Assembly (NCBI GenBank): GCA_040904565.1
Contig: JBBDTI010000042.1
Location: 1 to 39,495 of the forward strand
DNA length: 39,495 bases
Reading direction: 5' to 3'
From: Rhodothermales bacterium
GTDB taxonomy: Bacteria > Bacteroidota > Rhodothermia > Rhodothermales > VXPQ01
Position numbers and translations under genes: made by a program. Positions 27,777-37,823 of this stretch are shown here, piece after piece. The number at the start of each line of letters is the position of its first letter. The stretch's first letter is position 1. The notes beneath the pieces were generated by a model that was not told the origin of the DNA, made no database searches, and saw only the letters and a program-made list of their open reading frames with translations.

Positions 27777-27797
27777 TGCTACATTATATATGTTGCA
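27777..27797. promoter_or_regulatory. AT-rich imperfect palindrome, candidate operator for the iorAB-like genes
   Basis: TGCTACAT-TATAT-ATGTTGCA (8-bp arms, 1 mismatch), 95 bp upstream of ATG 27893. Confidence 0.5.
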
Positions 27798-27892
27798 TAA
27801 AGCGCCGGCCGATCACGGTGTCGAGCGACGAAGGTACCAGCGATCAAGGTATCGACCGATCACAGCGTACGAATCTCTGATCACAGCAGACC

Positions 27893-28354
27893 ATGTCGAT
27901 CTTCCACCTTAACGTCAACGGAACACGACATCAGGTCGATGTCGAGCCGGACACCCCCATCCTGTGGGTTTTGAGGGAACACCTGCACCTGGCCGGGACC
28001 AAGTTCGGTTGCGGGATGGCGCAGTGCGGGGCGTGTACGGTGCATCTTGATGGAACGGCCGTACGCGCGTGCGTGCTCCCGATTTCCAACGTGGGCGACC
28101 GAGCCATAACGACTATCGAGGGATTATCGGAAGAGGGAGATCACCCCGTTCAGCGGGCATGGCTCGAACACGACGTACCGCAGTGCGGGTATTGCCAGGC
28201 CGGCCAGATCATGAGCGCAGCGGCATTGCTGGACTCCAATCCGAGTCCAACCGACGAAGAGATCAACGATGCGATGAACGGCAATATCTGTCGCTGCGGC
28301 ACGTATATCCGCATCCGTGCCGCCATCAAAACGGCGTCGGCCGAGATGGGATAG
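27893..28354 (+). CDS. iorA: 2Fe-2S subunit of a molybdopterin oxidoreductase (IorA/CoxS-like)
   Basis: [25 protein letters not shown] and NICRCGTY. Confidence 0.92.
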   Translation: MSIFHLNVNGTRHQVDVEPDTPILWVLREHLHLAGTKFGCGMAQCGACTVHLDGTAVRACVLPISNVGDRAITTIEGLSEEGDHPVQRAWLEHDVPQCGYCQAGQIMSAAALLDSNPSPTDEEINDAMNGNICRCGTYIRIRAAIKTASAEMG

Positions 28355-28406
28355 CGGGTTTCTCCGGACGTGGACCAGGCCTTATTCATTTTGACGAGAA
28401 TGCATC

Positions 28407-30620
28407 GTGGCACGGATTAAGACATCGATCAATCGACGTTCCTTTCTGAAAGCCTCTGCTATGGCAGGTGGAGGCATGATGCTGGGTTTCAACTGGCTGG
28501 CGGGCTGTACTCCATCCGGGCCCAACGGAGCGGGCATGCCCGGAGAGTGGTTCGACATCAATGCCTTTCTCCGGATTGCCGACAATGGGCTCGTGACGAT
28601 CATGTCGCCCAATCCGGAAATCGGGCAGAACGTGAAGACGTCCATGCCCATGATCGTTGCCGAGGAACTTGACGTCGATTGGAAGGACGTCGTCGTGGAG
28701 CAGGCAGGGCTCGACACGGGCAAATTCACCCGCCAGCTCGCCGGCGGCAGCCAGTCCATTCGCCAGGGATGGCCCGGTCTGCGCATGGCCGGGGCGACGG
28801 CCCGGCGCATGCTGCTCGAGGCCGCCGCACATCGGCTTGAGGTGCCGGTCTCCGACCTCTCAACGTCGGCGGGCGTAATCACGCATGCCGCCAGCGGTAG
28901 ATCGGTAGGGTACGGAGACGTCGCTTCTGACGCCGCGCTGGTCGACGTCCCCGAAGAGGTCGAGTTGAAGGATCCGGCGGACTTCACGATCGTCGGAAAG
29001 CCGACCAGGAATGTTGATGCTCCGGACATCGTGCGGGGCGAGCCGCTTTTCGGCATCGATGTTCAGCGGGACGGGATGTTGATCGCCATGATCGCACACC
29101 CCCCGGCTTTCGGCATGACGGTCGGTTCGGTGAATGCAGAGGAGGCGCTCGGCATGCCCGGCATCCGCGACGTGTTTACCATCGACGCCGCGCCGGAGGG
29201 TTTCGAACGGCAGTGGTCCGACGTCAACGCCTTCCCCGAGCTCGTCGTCCTGGTCGGACGGTCGACCTGGGAAGTCAAAAAGGCGAAGGAAGCGCTGCGC
29301 GTCGAGTGGGAGACCGTGTCTCCCCCTGAAAGCAGCGCGGACCACGCGCGCGGACTCGCGGCATTGATCGAGTCGGGCACGACGGAGCCGGGCCGGCGCG
29401 ATGGAAACCCTGAGGCCGCTTTCCGAGAAGCAGCGACGGTCATCGAGCGAACCTACACGGCCCCGTTCCTCGCACATAACACGCTCGAGCCGATGAACTT
29501 CTTCGCCCGCGTGACGGAGGATGCGGCGGAACTCGTCGGGCCGATTCAGACGCCGGAATTTCTCCGGTCGTCCGTCGCCAGCCTGCTCGGCATGTCGGAG
29601 GAGCAGGTTACGGTCGACATGACTCGAATGGGCGGCGGATTCGGCCGACGTCTCTACGGCAACTTCGGTGTGGAGGCCGCGCTCATTTCCCGCCGCATCA
29701 ATGCACCGGTCAAGCTCGTCTATACGCGCGAAGACGACATGACCCAGGGCACGTATCGGCCGGCGTACCAGGTACGGTATCGTGCGGCGCTCGACGAAAA
29801 CAATGAGATGACCGCCTTCCACGTCCGGGCGGCGGGGGTGCACGAGGGTCCCGCGTTCCCGGATCGTTTCCCGGCCGGGGCCGTGGAGAACTACCTGGCA
29901 GAAAACCTGGCGCTCGAATCCAACGTTTCGACGGGTGCCTGGCGGGCCCCACGGTCGAATTTCATCGCGGGCGCGGAACAGGCGTTCCTCGACGAAGTCG
30001 CGGAGGCGGCCGGCAGGGATCCTATCGATTTCAGGCTGGAGCTGTTTGACCGTGCGATGAAGGATCCCGTTGGCGACGAGCACGATTATGACGCCGAACG
30101 CTACGCCGGCGTGCTGCGGCTGGTCCGCGATCGCGCGGACTGGGATACACCCATGCCGGATACGTACCGGGGTGTGGCCGCCTATTACTGCCACAATTCG
30201 TACGTGGCCCAGGTGGTCGACGTGATCCACCGCGACGGTCGGCCGATCGTCGACAAAGTGTGGTGTGCCGTGGATTGCGGCATCGTCGTCAACCCCGAAG
30301 GCGCACACAATCAGGTCGAAGGAGGCATCATCGACGGTATCGGTCACGCGATGTACAGTGGGCTGTCCCTGACGGACGGGACGCCCGATCAGAACAACTT
30401 CGATCGGTATCGGCTCATCCGGCACCGCGAGGCTCCAAGGGAGATAGAAGCCTTTTTCGTGGATAACGGGATCGATCCCACCGGACTGGGCGAGCCCTCG
30501 CTGCCGCCGGTATCCGGTGCGCTGGCCAACGCGCTGGCGCAGGCAACGGGTCGAAGGATCTACGACCAGCCGTTTATCAACGAGCTCGAGACGATCGAAC
30601 TCGAAGCGGCTACCGGTTGA
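28407..30620 (+). CDS. iorB: Molybdopterin-binding subunit, isoquinoline 1-oxidoreductase beta / xanthine dehydrogenase family; Tat lipoprotein
   Basis: SINRRSFLK twin-arginine motif, LAGC lipobox, EIGQNVKT, AGGSQS, MGGGFGRR, AWRAP, QVEGG and GLGEP. Confidence 0.92.
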   Translation: MARIKTSINRRSFLKASAMAGGGMMLGFNWLAGCTPSGPNGAGMPGEWFDINAFLRIADNGLVTIMSPNPEIGQNVKTSMPMIVAEELDVDWKDVVVEQAGLDTGKFTRQLAGGSQSIRQGWPGLRMAGATARRMLLEAAAHRLEVPVSDLSTSAGVITHAASGRSVGYGDVASDAALVDVPEEVELKDPADFTIVGKPTRNVDAPDIVRGEPLFGIDVQRDGMLIAMIAHPPAFGMTVGSVNAEEALGMPGIRDVFTIDAAPEGFERQWSDVNAFPELVVLVGRSTWEVKKAKEALRVEWETVSPPESSADHARGLAALIESGTTEPGRRDGNPEAAFREAATVIERTYTAPFLAHNTLEPMNFFARVTEDAAELVGPIQTPEFLRSSVASLLGMSEEQVTVDMTRMGGGFGRRLYGNFGVEAALISRRINAPVKLVYTREDDMTQGTYRPAYQVRYRAALDENNEMTAFHVRAAGVHEGPAFPDRFPAGAVENYLAENLALESNVSTGAWRAPRSNFIAGAEQAFLDEVAEAAGRDPIDFRLELFDRAMKDPVGDEHDYDAERYAGVLRLVRDRADWDTPMPDTYRGVAAYYCHNSYVAQVVDVIHRDGRPIVDKVWCAVDCGIVVNPEGAHNQVEGGIIDGIGHAMYSGLSLTDGTPDQNNFDRYRLIRHREAPREIEAFFVDNGIDPTGLGEPSLPPVSGALANALAQATGRRIYDQPFINELETIELEAATG

Positions 30621-30807
30621 TGCCGTGGTCGTTACGCGAGGGTTGCCCAGCTCCCTTCGCCCTCTGCTCGCTGCCATCGACCCGTGTCAAACCCGTTGAT
30701 GTAACACCTGCCCGTGTTAAATCCTGCCACTGCCCACCCAACCCATACGCATATTGCCGTTATTGCACCGCGGAGTGAGCCGTTATTGTGCCTCGGATGC
30801 CGCCCTT

Positions 30808-30966
30808 TGTGGAAAACCTGTTGAGACGGTGTGGGTATCTCCATGACATCCCCAATAACGGTTCCATCCATCGATTAAATCTTGCCTGAGTGCGAACAAA
30901 AAGGGGGATTCCCTCCTATAATATGAACGGCACGCAGGATCAGCCGAATTAGCTGTTTGTGGAAAA
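30808..30966. promoter_or_regulatory. DnaA-box-like cluster upstream of nrdJ
   Basis: TGTGGAAAA (reverse complement TTTTCCACA, fits TTWTNCACA) at 30808 and 30958. Degenerate TGTTGAGAC (30819) and TGTGGGTAT (30830) follow at 11-bp phase. Confidence 0.55.
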
Positions 30967-31197
30967 ATACAGCTTGCATAACGGTGCTCGGCTGGATTTA
31001 TTGGTAATCACGCTTGCCGTTTCGAGCACACGGTTCGTCGCCGGCGTTGGTGATAGACCGTTATTCGTCCGCTTTCCTGCTGAAGTTGCGTCAAGTGAAC
31101 CACCGGCTTAGTCGAGGCCGGTTCGCCGCGTGTATCCGCCACGCGTCCACTCGTCTTCGACCGTTGAGCATTATTGAAATCTAGATCCGGAGGCGCT

Positions 31198-34100
31198 ATG
31201 TCCCAGAAAACGACGCCCAACAACGAGACGCCCGCAAAGAGCTCACCCGAAAAGAAAGCCGAGCAGGCTGCGACGGCCAGTCTCTTCAAGGACCATCGGT
31301 CCGACGTTTCCGTCCCGGACGCCGACGCGTTTCGATCCGGCTTACGCATCAAACGGGTCTTTTCCGAAGACGACCGGCATCCGTTCGATTCCGTCGTCTG
31401 GGAGAAGCGCGACGCGGCCATCAAGAACAACAAGGGAGACGCCATCTTCGAGCAGAAGAACGTCGAGTTTCCCGAGTCGTGGAGTTTGCTGGCGACGAAC
31501 GTCGTATCGAGCAAGTATTTTTACGGTGACGTATCGAAGATCGACCTCGACCCGGCCGACGGCGGCCGGGAGACGTCGCTCAAACAGCTCATTCACCGCG
31601 TCACGCGAACGATTGCCGACTGGGGCCTCGAGCAGAACTACTTCGCCACGAAGGAAGACGGAGAGCGCTTCTACGACGAGCTGACGTGGCTGTGCGTCAA
31701 CCAGCACGGCGCCTTCAACAGTCCGGTTTGGTTTAATGTCGGGCTGAACCAGCAGTACGGCGTTCGGGACACGGGCGACAAGAAGATATTTGGCTGGAAC
31801 GAAGAGAAGGGCAGAATCGAGCCCGTCGATCCCTACGTGCGCCCACAGGCCTCCGCCTGCTTTATAATCTCGGTCGAGGACTCGATCGACGACATCTGGA
31901 AGCTCATGGGCGAGAGTGCCCGCCTGTTCAAGTTTGGCTCCGGCGTGGGTGCCGACTGGTCGACGCTGCGCTCCTCAAAAGAGAAGCTGTCCGGCGGCGG
32001 CCAGCCTTCCGGACCCGTCAGCTTCATGCGCGTACAGGACGCGACGGGCGGGACGATCAAGTCGGGTGGGAAGACCCGCCGCGCTGCCATCATGCAGACG
32101 CTGAAGTCGTGGCATCCCGACATTCTGGAGTTCGTCGACGCCAAACAGGAGGAGGAACGCAAGGCCTGGGCTTTGATCGAGCAGGGGTACGACGGCTCCT
32201 TCAACGGCCCGGCATACGGCAGCGTCGCCTTCCAGAACGTCAACCAGTCCGTCCGCGTCGACGACGCGTTTATGTCGGCCGCCTCGAAAGGGGAAGATTA
32301 CGGGCTGCGCGGCGTGCTGGAGGGAGAGGTCCTCGAAACCGTCGCTGCTCAGGACATTCTGGAAAAGATCGCCGAAGGAACGCACGTCTGCGGCGACCCG
32401 GGCGTTCAGTATGAGGACACGATCCAGAAATGGCACACGTGTAAGAACACCGACGCCATCAACTCCAGCAATCCCTGCTCGGAGTACATGTTCTTGGACG
32501 ACAGTGCCTGCAACCTGGCGAGCCTCAATCTGCGCAAGTTCCAGAAGGCGGACGGGACGTTCGATATCGACCGTTTTCGTGCCGCGGCCCGCGTCTTCAT
32601 CACGGCGCAGGACATACTGGTGGATAACGCCGGCTATCCGTCGGCCTCCATCGCGAAGAATTCCCATGATTACCGTCCGCTGGGGCTTGGATTCGCGAAC
32701 CTCGGTGCCGCATTGATGGCGCTGGGCCTGCCGTACGACAGCGATGAAGGCCGGGCCGTGGCCGGTGCCTTGATGGCGATCGAGCATGGTGAGGCCTACG
32801 CGCGGAGCGCCGAAATCGCGGCCAACGAACACATCGGACCGTTTGCAGGCTTTCCGCCGAACCGCGAGCCCATGCTCGAGGTCATGCGGATGCACGCGGA
32901 TGCGGTGAATCAGATCGATCCGTCGTGCCCGGACTACCTGCTCGATGCTGCGAAGGAGACGTGGACCTACTGCGTCGAGGCCGGCGAGAAGTTCGGCTAT
33001 CGGAACGCGCAGGCAACGGTGCTGGCGCCGACCGGCACGATCAGCTTCATGATGGATTGCGACACGACGGGCATCGAGCCCGACATCGCGCTCGTGAAGT
33101 ATAAGCTGCTCGCCGGGAAGGGTGACGGCATGATGAAGATCATCAATCGCAGCGTGCCGGAAGCATTGAGGCACCTGGGGTACGCGTCGGACGAGGTCAA
33201 GGCGATCATCGAATACATCGATGAGAACGACACCATCGAAGGTGCCCCCGACCTGAAGGAGGAACACCTTCCGGTGTTCGACTGCGCCTTCAAGCCGTTC
33301 AAAGGTGAGCGGTCCATCCATCACATGGGGCACATCAAGATGATGGCTGCCGTGCAGCCGTTCATCTCCGGTGCTATCTCGAAGACGGTAAATATGTCGG
33401 AAGACGCGACGGTCGAAGAGATCGCCGACGCCTACGTAAAGGGATGGGAGCTCGGACTGAAGGCCCTCGCCATCTACCGGGAAAACTCCAAGCGAAGCCA
33501 GCCGCTTTCGACGTCGAAGGACGGCAATACGAAGAAAAGAACGGAAGAGGTCGCCGAAGCTTCGGGTGACGGCATGGCCGCGGGCCAGCCGGAGATGGTC
33601 GAGAAGGTCGTCGAGAAGGTCGTCTACAAGCCGGTTCGCAAGCGGCTGCCGGACGAGCGTCCGTCGATGACGCATAAATTTTCTATCGCCGGGCACGAAG
33701 GATACCTGCACATCGGGCTCTATCCCGATTCACACATGCCGGGCGAGATCTTTATCACCATGGCCAAGCAGGGCTCGACGATCTCGGGGCTGATGGATGC
33801 CTTTGCTACGTCGATCTCCATCGCGCTGCAGTACGGCGTCCCGGTAGAAGACCTCTGCAACAAGTTCAGCCACATGCGCTTCGAGCCCAGCGGCTTTACG
33901 AACAACAAGCAGATCCCGATCGCCAAGTCGATCATGGATTACATCTTCCGGTACCTCTCTCTCAAATTCCTGGGTAAACAGAAAGAGGAGGAGGAAACCG
34001 TAAACCCTACTGACGCCGTTGCGGAAGAGGCGAACCGCAGCGGCGCGGCATCTGACGAAGAGCAGATGGAGATCGAGTTCGACGACGAAACGGGCGAAGA

Positions 34101-34311
34101 AATGGACCCCCTCGTCGGCCAGACCGTAGAGGCCTTCATGGGTACGATGACCGATGCAGACGCATCTCCCGCAGGTGCGGCGGCTTCCACTGAGAAGACC
34201 TTCCGAAACCAGGAGGACAGTCCGGCCTGCTCCAACTGCGGGTCCATCATGGTCCGCAGCGGATCCTGCTATTCGTGCGCCAACTGCGGGTCGACGAGCG
34301 GCTGCGGATGA
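31198..34311 (+). CDS. nrdJ: Adenosylcobalamin-dependent (class II) ribonucleotide reductase with TSCPD domain and C-terminal Zn ribbon
   Basis: FNSPVWFN, SACFI, GGKTRRAA, SNPCSEY thiyl-radical Cys, CNLASLN, APTGTIS, RKRLPDER and CSNC..CANCGSTSGCG. GGAGG SD. Confidence 0.96.
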   Translation: MSQKTTPNNETPAKSSPEKKAEQAATASLFKDHRSDVSVPDADAFRSGLRIKRVFSEDDRHPFDSVVWEKRDAAIKNNKGDAIFEQKNVEFPESWSLLATNVVSSKYFYGDVSKIDLDPADGGRETSLKQLIHRVTRTIADWGLEQNYFATKEDGERFYDELTWLCVNQHGAFNSPVWFNVGLNQQYGVRDTGDKKIFGWNEEKGRIEPVDPYVRPQASACFIISVEDSIDDIWKLMGESARLFKFGSGVGADWSTLRSSKEKLSGGGQPSGPVSFMRVQDATGGTIKSGGKTRRAAIMQTLKSWHPDILEFVDAKQEEERKAWALIEQGYDGSFNGPAYGSVAFQNVNQSVRVDDAFMSAASKGEDYGLRGVLEGEVLETVAAQDILEKIAEGTHVCGDPGVQYEDTIQKWHTCKNTDAINSSNPCSEYMFLDDSACNLASLNLRKFQKADGTFDIDRFRAAARVFITAQDILVDNAGYPSASIAKNSHDYRPLGLGFANLGAALMALGLPYDSDEGRAVAGALMAIEHGEAYARSAEIAANEHIGPFAGFPPNREPMLEVMRMHADAVNQIDPSCPDYLLDAAKETWTYCVEAGEKFGYRNAQATVLAPTGTISFMMDCDTTGIEPDIALVKYKLLAGKGDGMMKIINRSVPEALRHLGYASDEVKAIIEYIDENDTIEGAPDLKEEHLPVFDCAFKPFKGERSIHHMGHIKMMAAVQPFISGAISKTVNMSEDATVEEIADAYVKGWELGLKALAIYRENSKRSQPLSTSKDGNTKKRTEEVAEASGDGMAAGQPEMVEKVVEKVVYKPVRKRLPDERPSMTHKFSIAGHEGYLHIGLYPDSHMPGEIFITMAKQGSTISGLMDAFATSISIALQYGVPVEDLCNKFSHMRFEPSGFTNNKQIPIAKSIMDYIFRYLSLKFLGKQKEEEETVNPTDAVAEEANRSGAASDEEQMEIEFDDETGEEMDPLVGQTVEAFMGTMTDADASPAGAAASTEKTFRNQEDSPACSNCGSIMVRSGSCYSCANCGSTSGCG

Positions 34312-34367
34312 TCTCATGCCCGGCGTGGTGATGGGCACGAAGACGTATGTAGACAGCGATGGATTCA

Positions 34368-34406
34368 GAAAGCGCCCGGACTCCCAACAGGAGGCCGGGC
34401 GCTTTT
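34368..34406. terminator. Bidirectional Rho-independent terminator
   Basis: AAAGCGCCCGG-ACTCC-CAACA-GGAGG-CCGGGCGCTTTT hairpin between the convergent nrdJ and FkbM genes. Confidence 0.85.
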
Positions 34407-34434
34407 CCATCTGCCCACGTCACATCCGTACGCT

Positions 34435-35184
34435 TCACGTCGGCCTGTAGCACCAGAGTGGACTGTGCCATCCGTCGGTCGGATCCGGTACGGGGGTTCC
34501 GTCGAGTCTTTCCGCGACGTAACCTCGCGCGAGTACTTCGTCCCGGATACCCGCCTGTTCTTCAGGGCCGTGCAGCTCCACGTAAAGCAGCGGCGCCGTC
34601 TCTTCCAGAATACGGCGAGCCCCCTTCAACACCGCCGCGGCCGCGCCTTCCACGTCGATCTTGATGAAGTCGGGTTGGCCGTGCTCGGCCACGAGGTCAT
34701 CCAGCCGGACCGCCGGAACCGACAGCTTCGTGGCAGCCCGTTTTCCATACGTCGGTTCGACATCCGCCACTTTTCCCTGCATCGGTCGTTGCGGGGCGTA
34801 TTCGAATTCGATTTCCCCGGTCTCATGAAAGGCGGCAGCGTGAATCGTCCTCACCATGCCGAGATCGTTTAACGCAAGATTCCGGACCAGGCTATCATGT
34901 TCGCGGGGTGCCGGTTCCAGCGCGACAATGGTCCCGTTCGGTCCGACCAGCGATGCAAACAGCAGCGCCATCTGGCCCTTGTTGGCACCGATGTCATAGA
35001 CGGTCATACCTGGACGAACACGCGTCCTGAACGAGTGTGACGCCGCACCGTCCGTCGCGAGCGCGTACGACGCGCCGATGCCCGGCTCGACGACGAAGCG
35101 CGTTCCACGCGCCGGGCCTCGAAGCACGTGTCGCGTGCTCCCGTATGGAAACAAGAGTCGGATGATACGCTGTTGCAGACCCAT
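34435..35184 (-). CDS. FkbM family methyltransferase
   Basis: YDIGANKG, ALEP, VRLDDL, FIKIDVEGA and YVELH. Start ATG 35184 is inferred. Confidence 0.88.
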   Translation of the reverse strand: MGLQQRIIRLLFPYGSTRHVLRGPARGTRFVVEPGIGASYALATDGAASHSFRTRVRPGMTVYDIGANKGQMALLFASLVGPNGTIVALEPAPREHDSLVRNLALNDLGMVRTIHAAAFHETGEIEFEYAPQRPMQGKVADVEPTYGKRAATKLSVPAVRLDDLVAEHGQPDFIKIDVEGAAAAVLKGARRILEETAPLLYVELHGPEEQAGIRDEVLARGYVAERLDGTPVPDPTDGWHSPLWCYRPT

Positions 35185-35203
35185 GGACGCATTCGTGCGT
35201 TGA

Positions 35204-36613
35204 TTATGGAAAGATGCCCATCTCGAGATACAATACGGCAATCTTGTCGATGGAACTGGCAAAGGCGGCCGTTCGCAGGTCCGTGTCCCTCTGCTTCGCC
35301 ACCTGCCGGATCTCGTCGTATGCAAAGACCATCGTTTCTTCCAGGCCGGAATTAACGAGGTCGATCTCGTCGGCTCCGTGGACGATGTCGGTGATGACGT
35401 TCGGGGGAAACCGGTGACCGGTTACGTTTTCGACGGCGGCGATCAGTTTCTGCTGGCTGTTCCGCTCGAAACGCTTGCTCATCCGCCCGAAACGCACGTG
35501 CGAGAGGTTGCGGAGCCACTCGAAGTACGATACCGTCACACCGCCGGCATTGAGGAAAAGGTCCGGAAGAATGAGCACGTTGCGCTCGAGCAGCATCTCG
35601 TCGGCCTTCGACGACGTCGGGCCGTTTGCCGCCTCCGCAATGATTTTAGCTTTAATGTCTCGTGCGTTACTGGAAGTGATCTGCTCTTCGAGCGCTGCGG
35701 GAACCAAAATATCGCAATCCAGCTCCAGTGCCTTCACAGATGGCGTGATGTTCTCGGCGCCGGGATAATCGAGCAGCGACCCGTGTTCTTTCCGAAAGGC
35801 AAAGACCTCCTCGACGTCCAGCCCATCCTCCTTGTGGATGGCCCCCTCCATTTCCGCGATGCACGTGATGAGGGCCCCTCCTTCCTGCAGAAACTTGGCC
35901 GCATGAAAGCCGACATTTCCGAGTCCCTGAACGACCACTCTTTTTCCTCCGAGGCCCGGTTCGAGGCCGAGCTTCTTCATGTCTTCTGCGTGGCTACAGG
36001 CCTCGCGAATACCGTAGAAGACACCCTGGCCGGTCGCCTCCTTGCGGCCCCGCACGCCTCCCTGTCCGACCGGCTTGCCCGTGACACAGGCCAGGGCATC
36101 CAGCGGGTTATCGGTCATCTGGTTGTATGTATCCAGGATCCACGCCATTTCCTGCGCGCCCGTCCCATAGTCCGGAGCCGGCACGTCTGTGCCCGGTCCG
36201 ATGAAATTTTTCCGGACTAGCTCGAACGTGTATCGGCGCGTAATCCGCTCGATCTCGGCCTTCGAATACTTCGACCGGTCGATTTTGACACCGCCTTTGG
36301 CACCGCCGAAGGGGACGTCGACCACGGCGCATTTATAGGTCATCAACGAGGCGAGGGCGACCACTTCCTTCCTGTTCACGCTCGGTGCGAACCGGATACC
36401 GCCCTTTACCGGAAGCTTATGGTGACTGTGCTCCGCCCGAAAGGCGTGGATAACCTCGATGGATCCGTCGTCCCGCTTCAGCGGGAATTCCATGGCATAG
36501 ACGCTGTTGCATATGCTGATCTGTTCGAGCAACCCGATCGGATGTTCCGTAAGCTTCGCCGCTTTGGCGAACATCCGATTAACGTCTCCTAAGAAGTCTG
36601 ACGGCATGGGCAT
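35204..36613 (-). CDS. gdhA: Glutamate dehydrogenase (Glu/Leu/Phe/Val family)
   Basis: KGGIRF, MTYKCAVVDVPFGGAKGG, DVPAPD, VTGKP, QGLGNVG, EAANGP and NAGGVTVSYFEW. Start is 36613 or 36607. Confidence 0.95.
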   Translation of the reverse strand: MPMPSDFLGDVNRMFAKAAKLTEHPIGLLEQISICNSVYAMEFPLKRDDGSIEVIHAFRAEHSHHKLPVKGGIRFAPSVNRKEVVALASLMTYKCAVVDVPFGGAKGGVKIDRSKYSKAEIERITRRYTFELVRKNFIGPGTDVPAPDYGTGAQEMAWILDTYNQMTDNPLDALACVTGKPVGQGGVRGRKEATGQGVFYGIREACSHAEDMKKLGLEPGLGGKRVVVQGLGNVGFHAAKFLQEGGALITCIAEMEGAIHKEDGLDVEEVFAFRKEHGSLLDYPGAENITPSVKALELDCDILVPAALEEQITSSNARDIKAKIIAEAANGPTSSKADEMLLERNVLILPDLFLNAGGVTVSYFEWLRNLSHVRFGRMSKRFERNSQQKLIAAVENVTGHRFPPNVITDIVHGADEIDLVNSGLEETMVFAYDEIRQVAKQRDTDLRTAAFASSIDKIAVLYLEMGIFP

Positions 36614-36962
36614 GCCTCTGGAAATGTTGCGTAAATACGTACTAATATGGTCGCGCGTTCGGCAGCGCGGCGCCTGTCGACCGGGAGAACCGATCGTGAA
36701 ATGCGGTACCCCGGAACGGCCACCCCTGCTCGGACCCTTCATGGTACGATGCAGAACCGAGAAATTCGCGGGGCCGCACGTGGTCTCCCAAAGACGGTGC
36801 GAACGGAGCGGCGGCGGCGGCGTATTGTGCGTCCGGAACCGGGCGTACGTGGAAGCCGGTATGTTGGATCGGGCCGGAGCCTTCGTCTGGAGCCGCCCAA
36901 CATCGGACTGGCCTCATATTGCGGACGATCTCGTGGCTGAACCACATGCTGAGCGATTTATC

Positions 36963-37823
36963 ATGAATGCCGGAACGCGGTTGGTCGGTCTCATCGGTGA
37001 TCCCGTCGAGCACTCGCTGTCCCCCCTCATACACAATACGGCGTTTCGGGAGCAGGACATCAACGCAGTCTACGCAGCGATGCGGGTCCGTCGAGAACGG
37101 CTGGGAGAGGCGGTTGGCGGACTCCTTGGACTCGATTTTATGGGGGCCAACGTTACCGTCCCGCATAAGCAGGCCGTGGTGGCGTTAATCGACGAGCTTT
37201 CTCCGCAGGCCCATGCCGTGGGGGCGGTCAATACGATCGTGTGCCGGCACGATGACGGTACCCTTTACGGCGACAACACGGATGTCGCGGGGTTCGTGGC
37301 TCCGATCGCTCGGCGCACGGACGAACTGACCGGTGCACAGATGACGATCATCGGCTCCGGCGGTGCGGCGAGGGCGGTGGCGTATGCGCTGCTCACGACG
37401 TTCGGGCCGTCTCGCCTTACGCTTGCCGCGCGCACGCCATCCAAGGCCGAGCGGTTGGCGTCGGACCTGTCGGACTACGATCCGAACGGGGCGCTTGCCG
37501 TGGAACATCTTGATGGCGCAGGGTCCGTTGTTAGAAGCTCTCAGCTGGTCGTAAATGCGACGCCCGTTGGGATGTACCCGCGGGTCGACCGTACGCCGTG
37601 GCCGGACGCGAGTGATTTCGGTGCGGATCACGTCGTCTATGACATCGTCTACAACCCCGAACGGACGCGGCTGCTTCGTGAAGCGGAGGAGCGAGGCGCG
37701 ACCACGGTGGGGGGGCTCGACATGCTCGTCGAGCAGGCAGCGGCGTCGTATGTGCAGTGGACGGACCGGGATATGCCGGTCGATGTGGTCAAGAATGCCC
37801 TGCGTGGCCGAGCGAATCGATGA
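36963..37823 (+). CDS. aroE: Shikimate dehydrogenase
   Basis: GDPVEHSLSP, GANVTVPHK, GAVNT, GDNTD, GSGGAARA, NATPVGM, DIVYNP and GLDMLVEQA. Confidence 0.95.
   Translation: MNAGTRLVGLIGDPVEHSLSPLIHNTAFREQDINAVYAAMRVRRERLGEAVGGLLGLDFMGANVTVPHKQAVVALIDELSPQAHAVGAVNTIVCRHDDGTLYGDNTDVAGFVAPIARRTDELTGAQMTIIGSGGAARAVAYALLTTFGPSRLTLAARTPSKAERLASDLSDYDPNGALAVEHLDGAGSVVRSSQLVVNATPVGMYPRVDRTPWPDASDFGADHVVYDIVYNPERTRLLREAEERGATTVGGLDMLVEQAAASYVQWTDRDMPVDVVKNALRGRANR

Noticed and set aside
27781-27796. NrdR-box-like sequence ACATTATATATGTTGC
   Set aside because: It mismatches the conserved C and G positions of the consensus and lies over 3 kb from nrdJ.
30620-31197. Cobalamin riboswitch upstream of the B12-dependent nrdJ
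   Set aside because: No recognisable B12-box or conserved core elements were seen.
33598-33621. 12-bp tandem duplication GTCGAGAAGGTC x2 (VEKVVEKV) in nrdJ
   Set aside because: It is an in-frame micro-repeat in a linker, a common low-complexity feature.
28860-33711. Long antisense ORFs (28860-30677, 31975-33711; likewise 15957-17567, 11776-13056, 17507-18715)
   Set aside because: These are shadow frames of well-supported genes, expected from high-GC codon bias, and carry no recognisable motifs.
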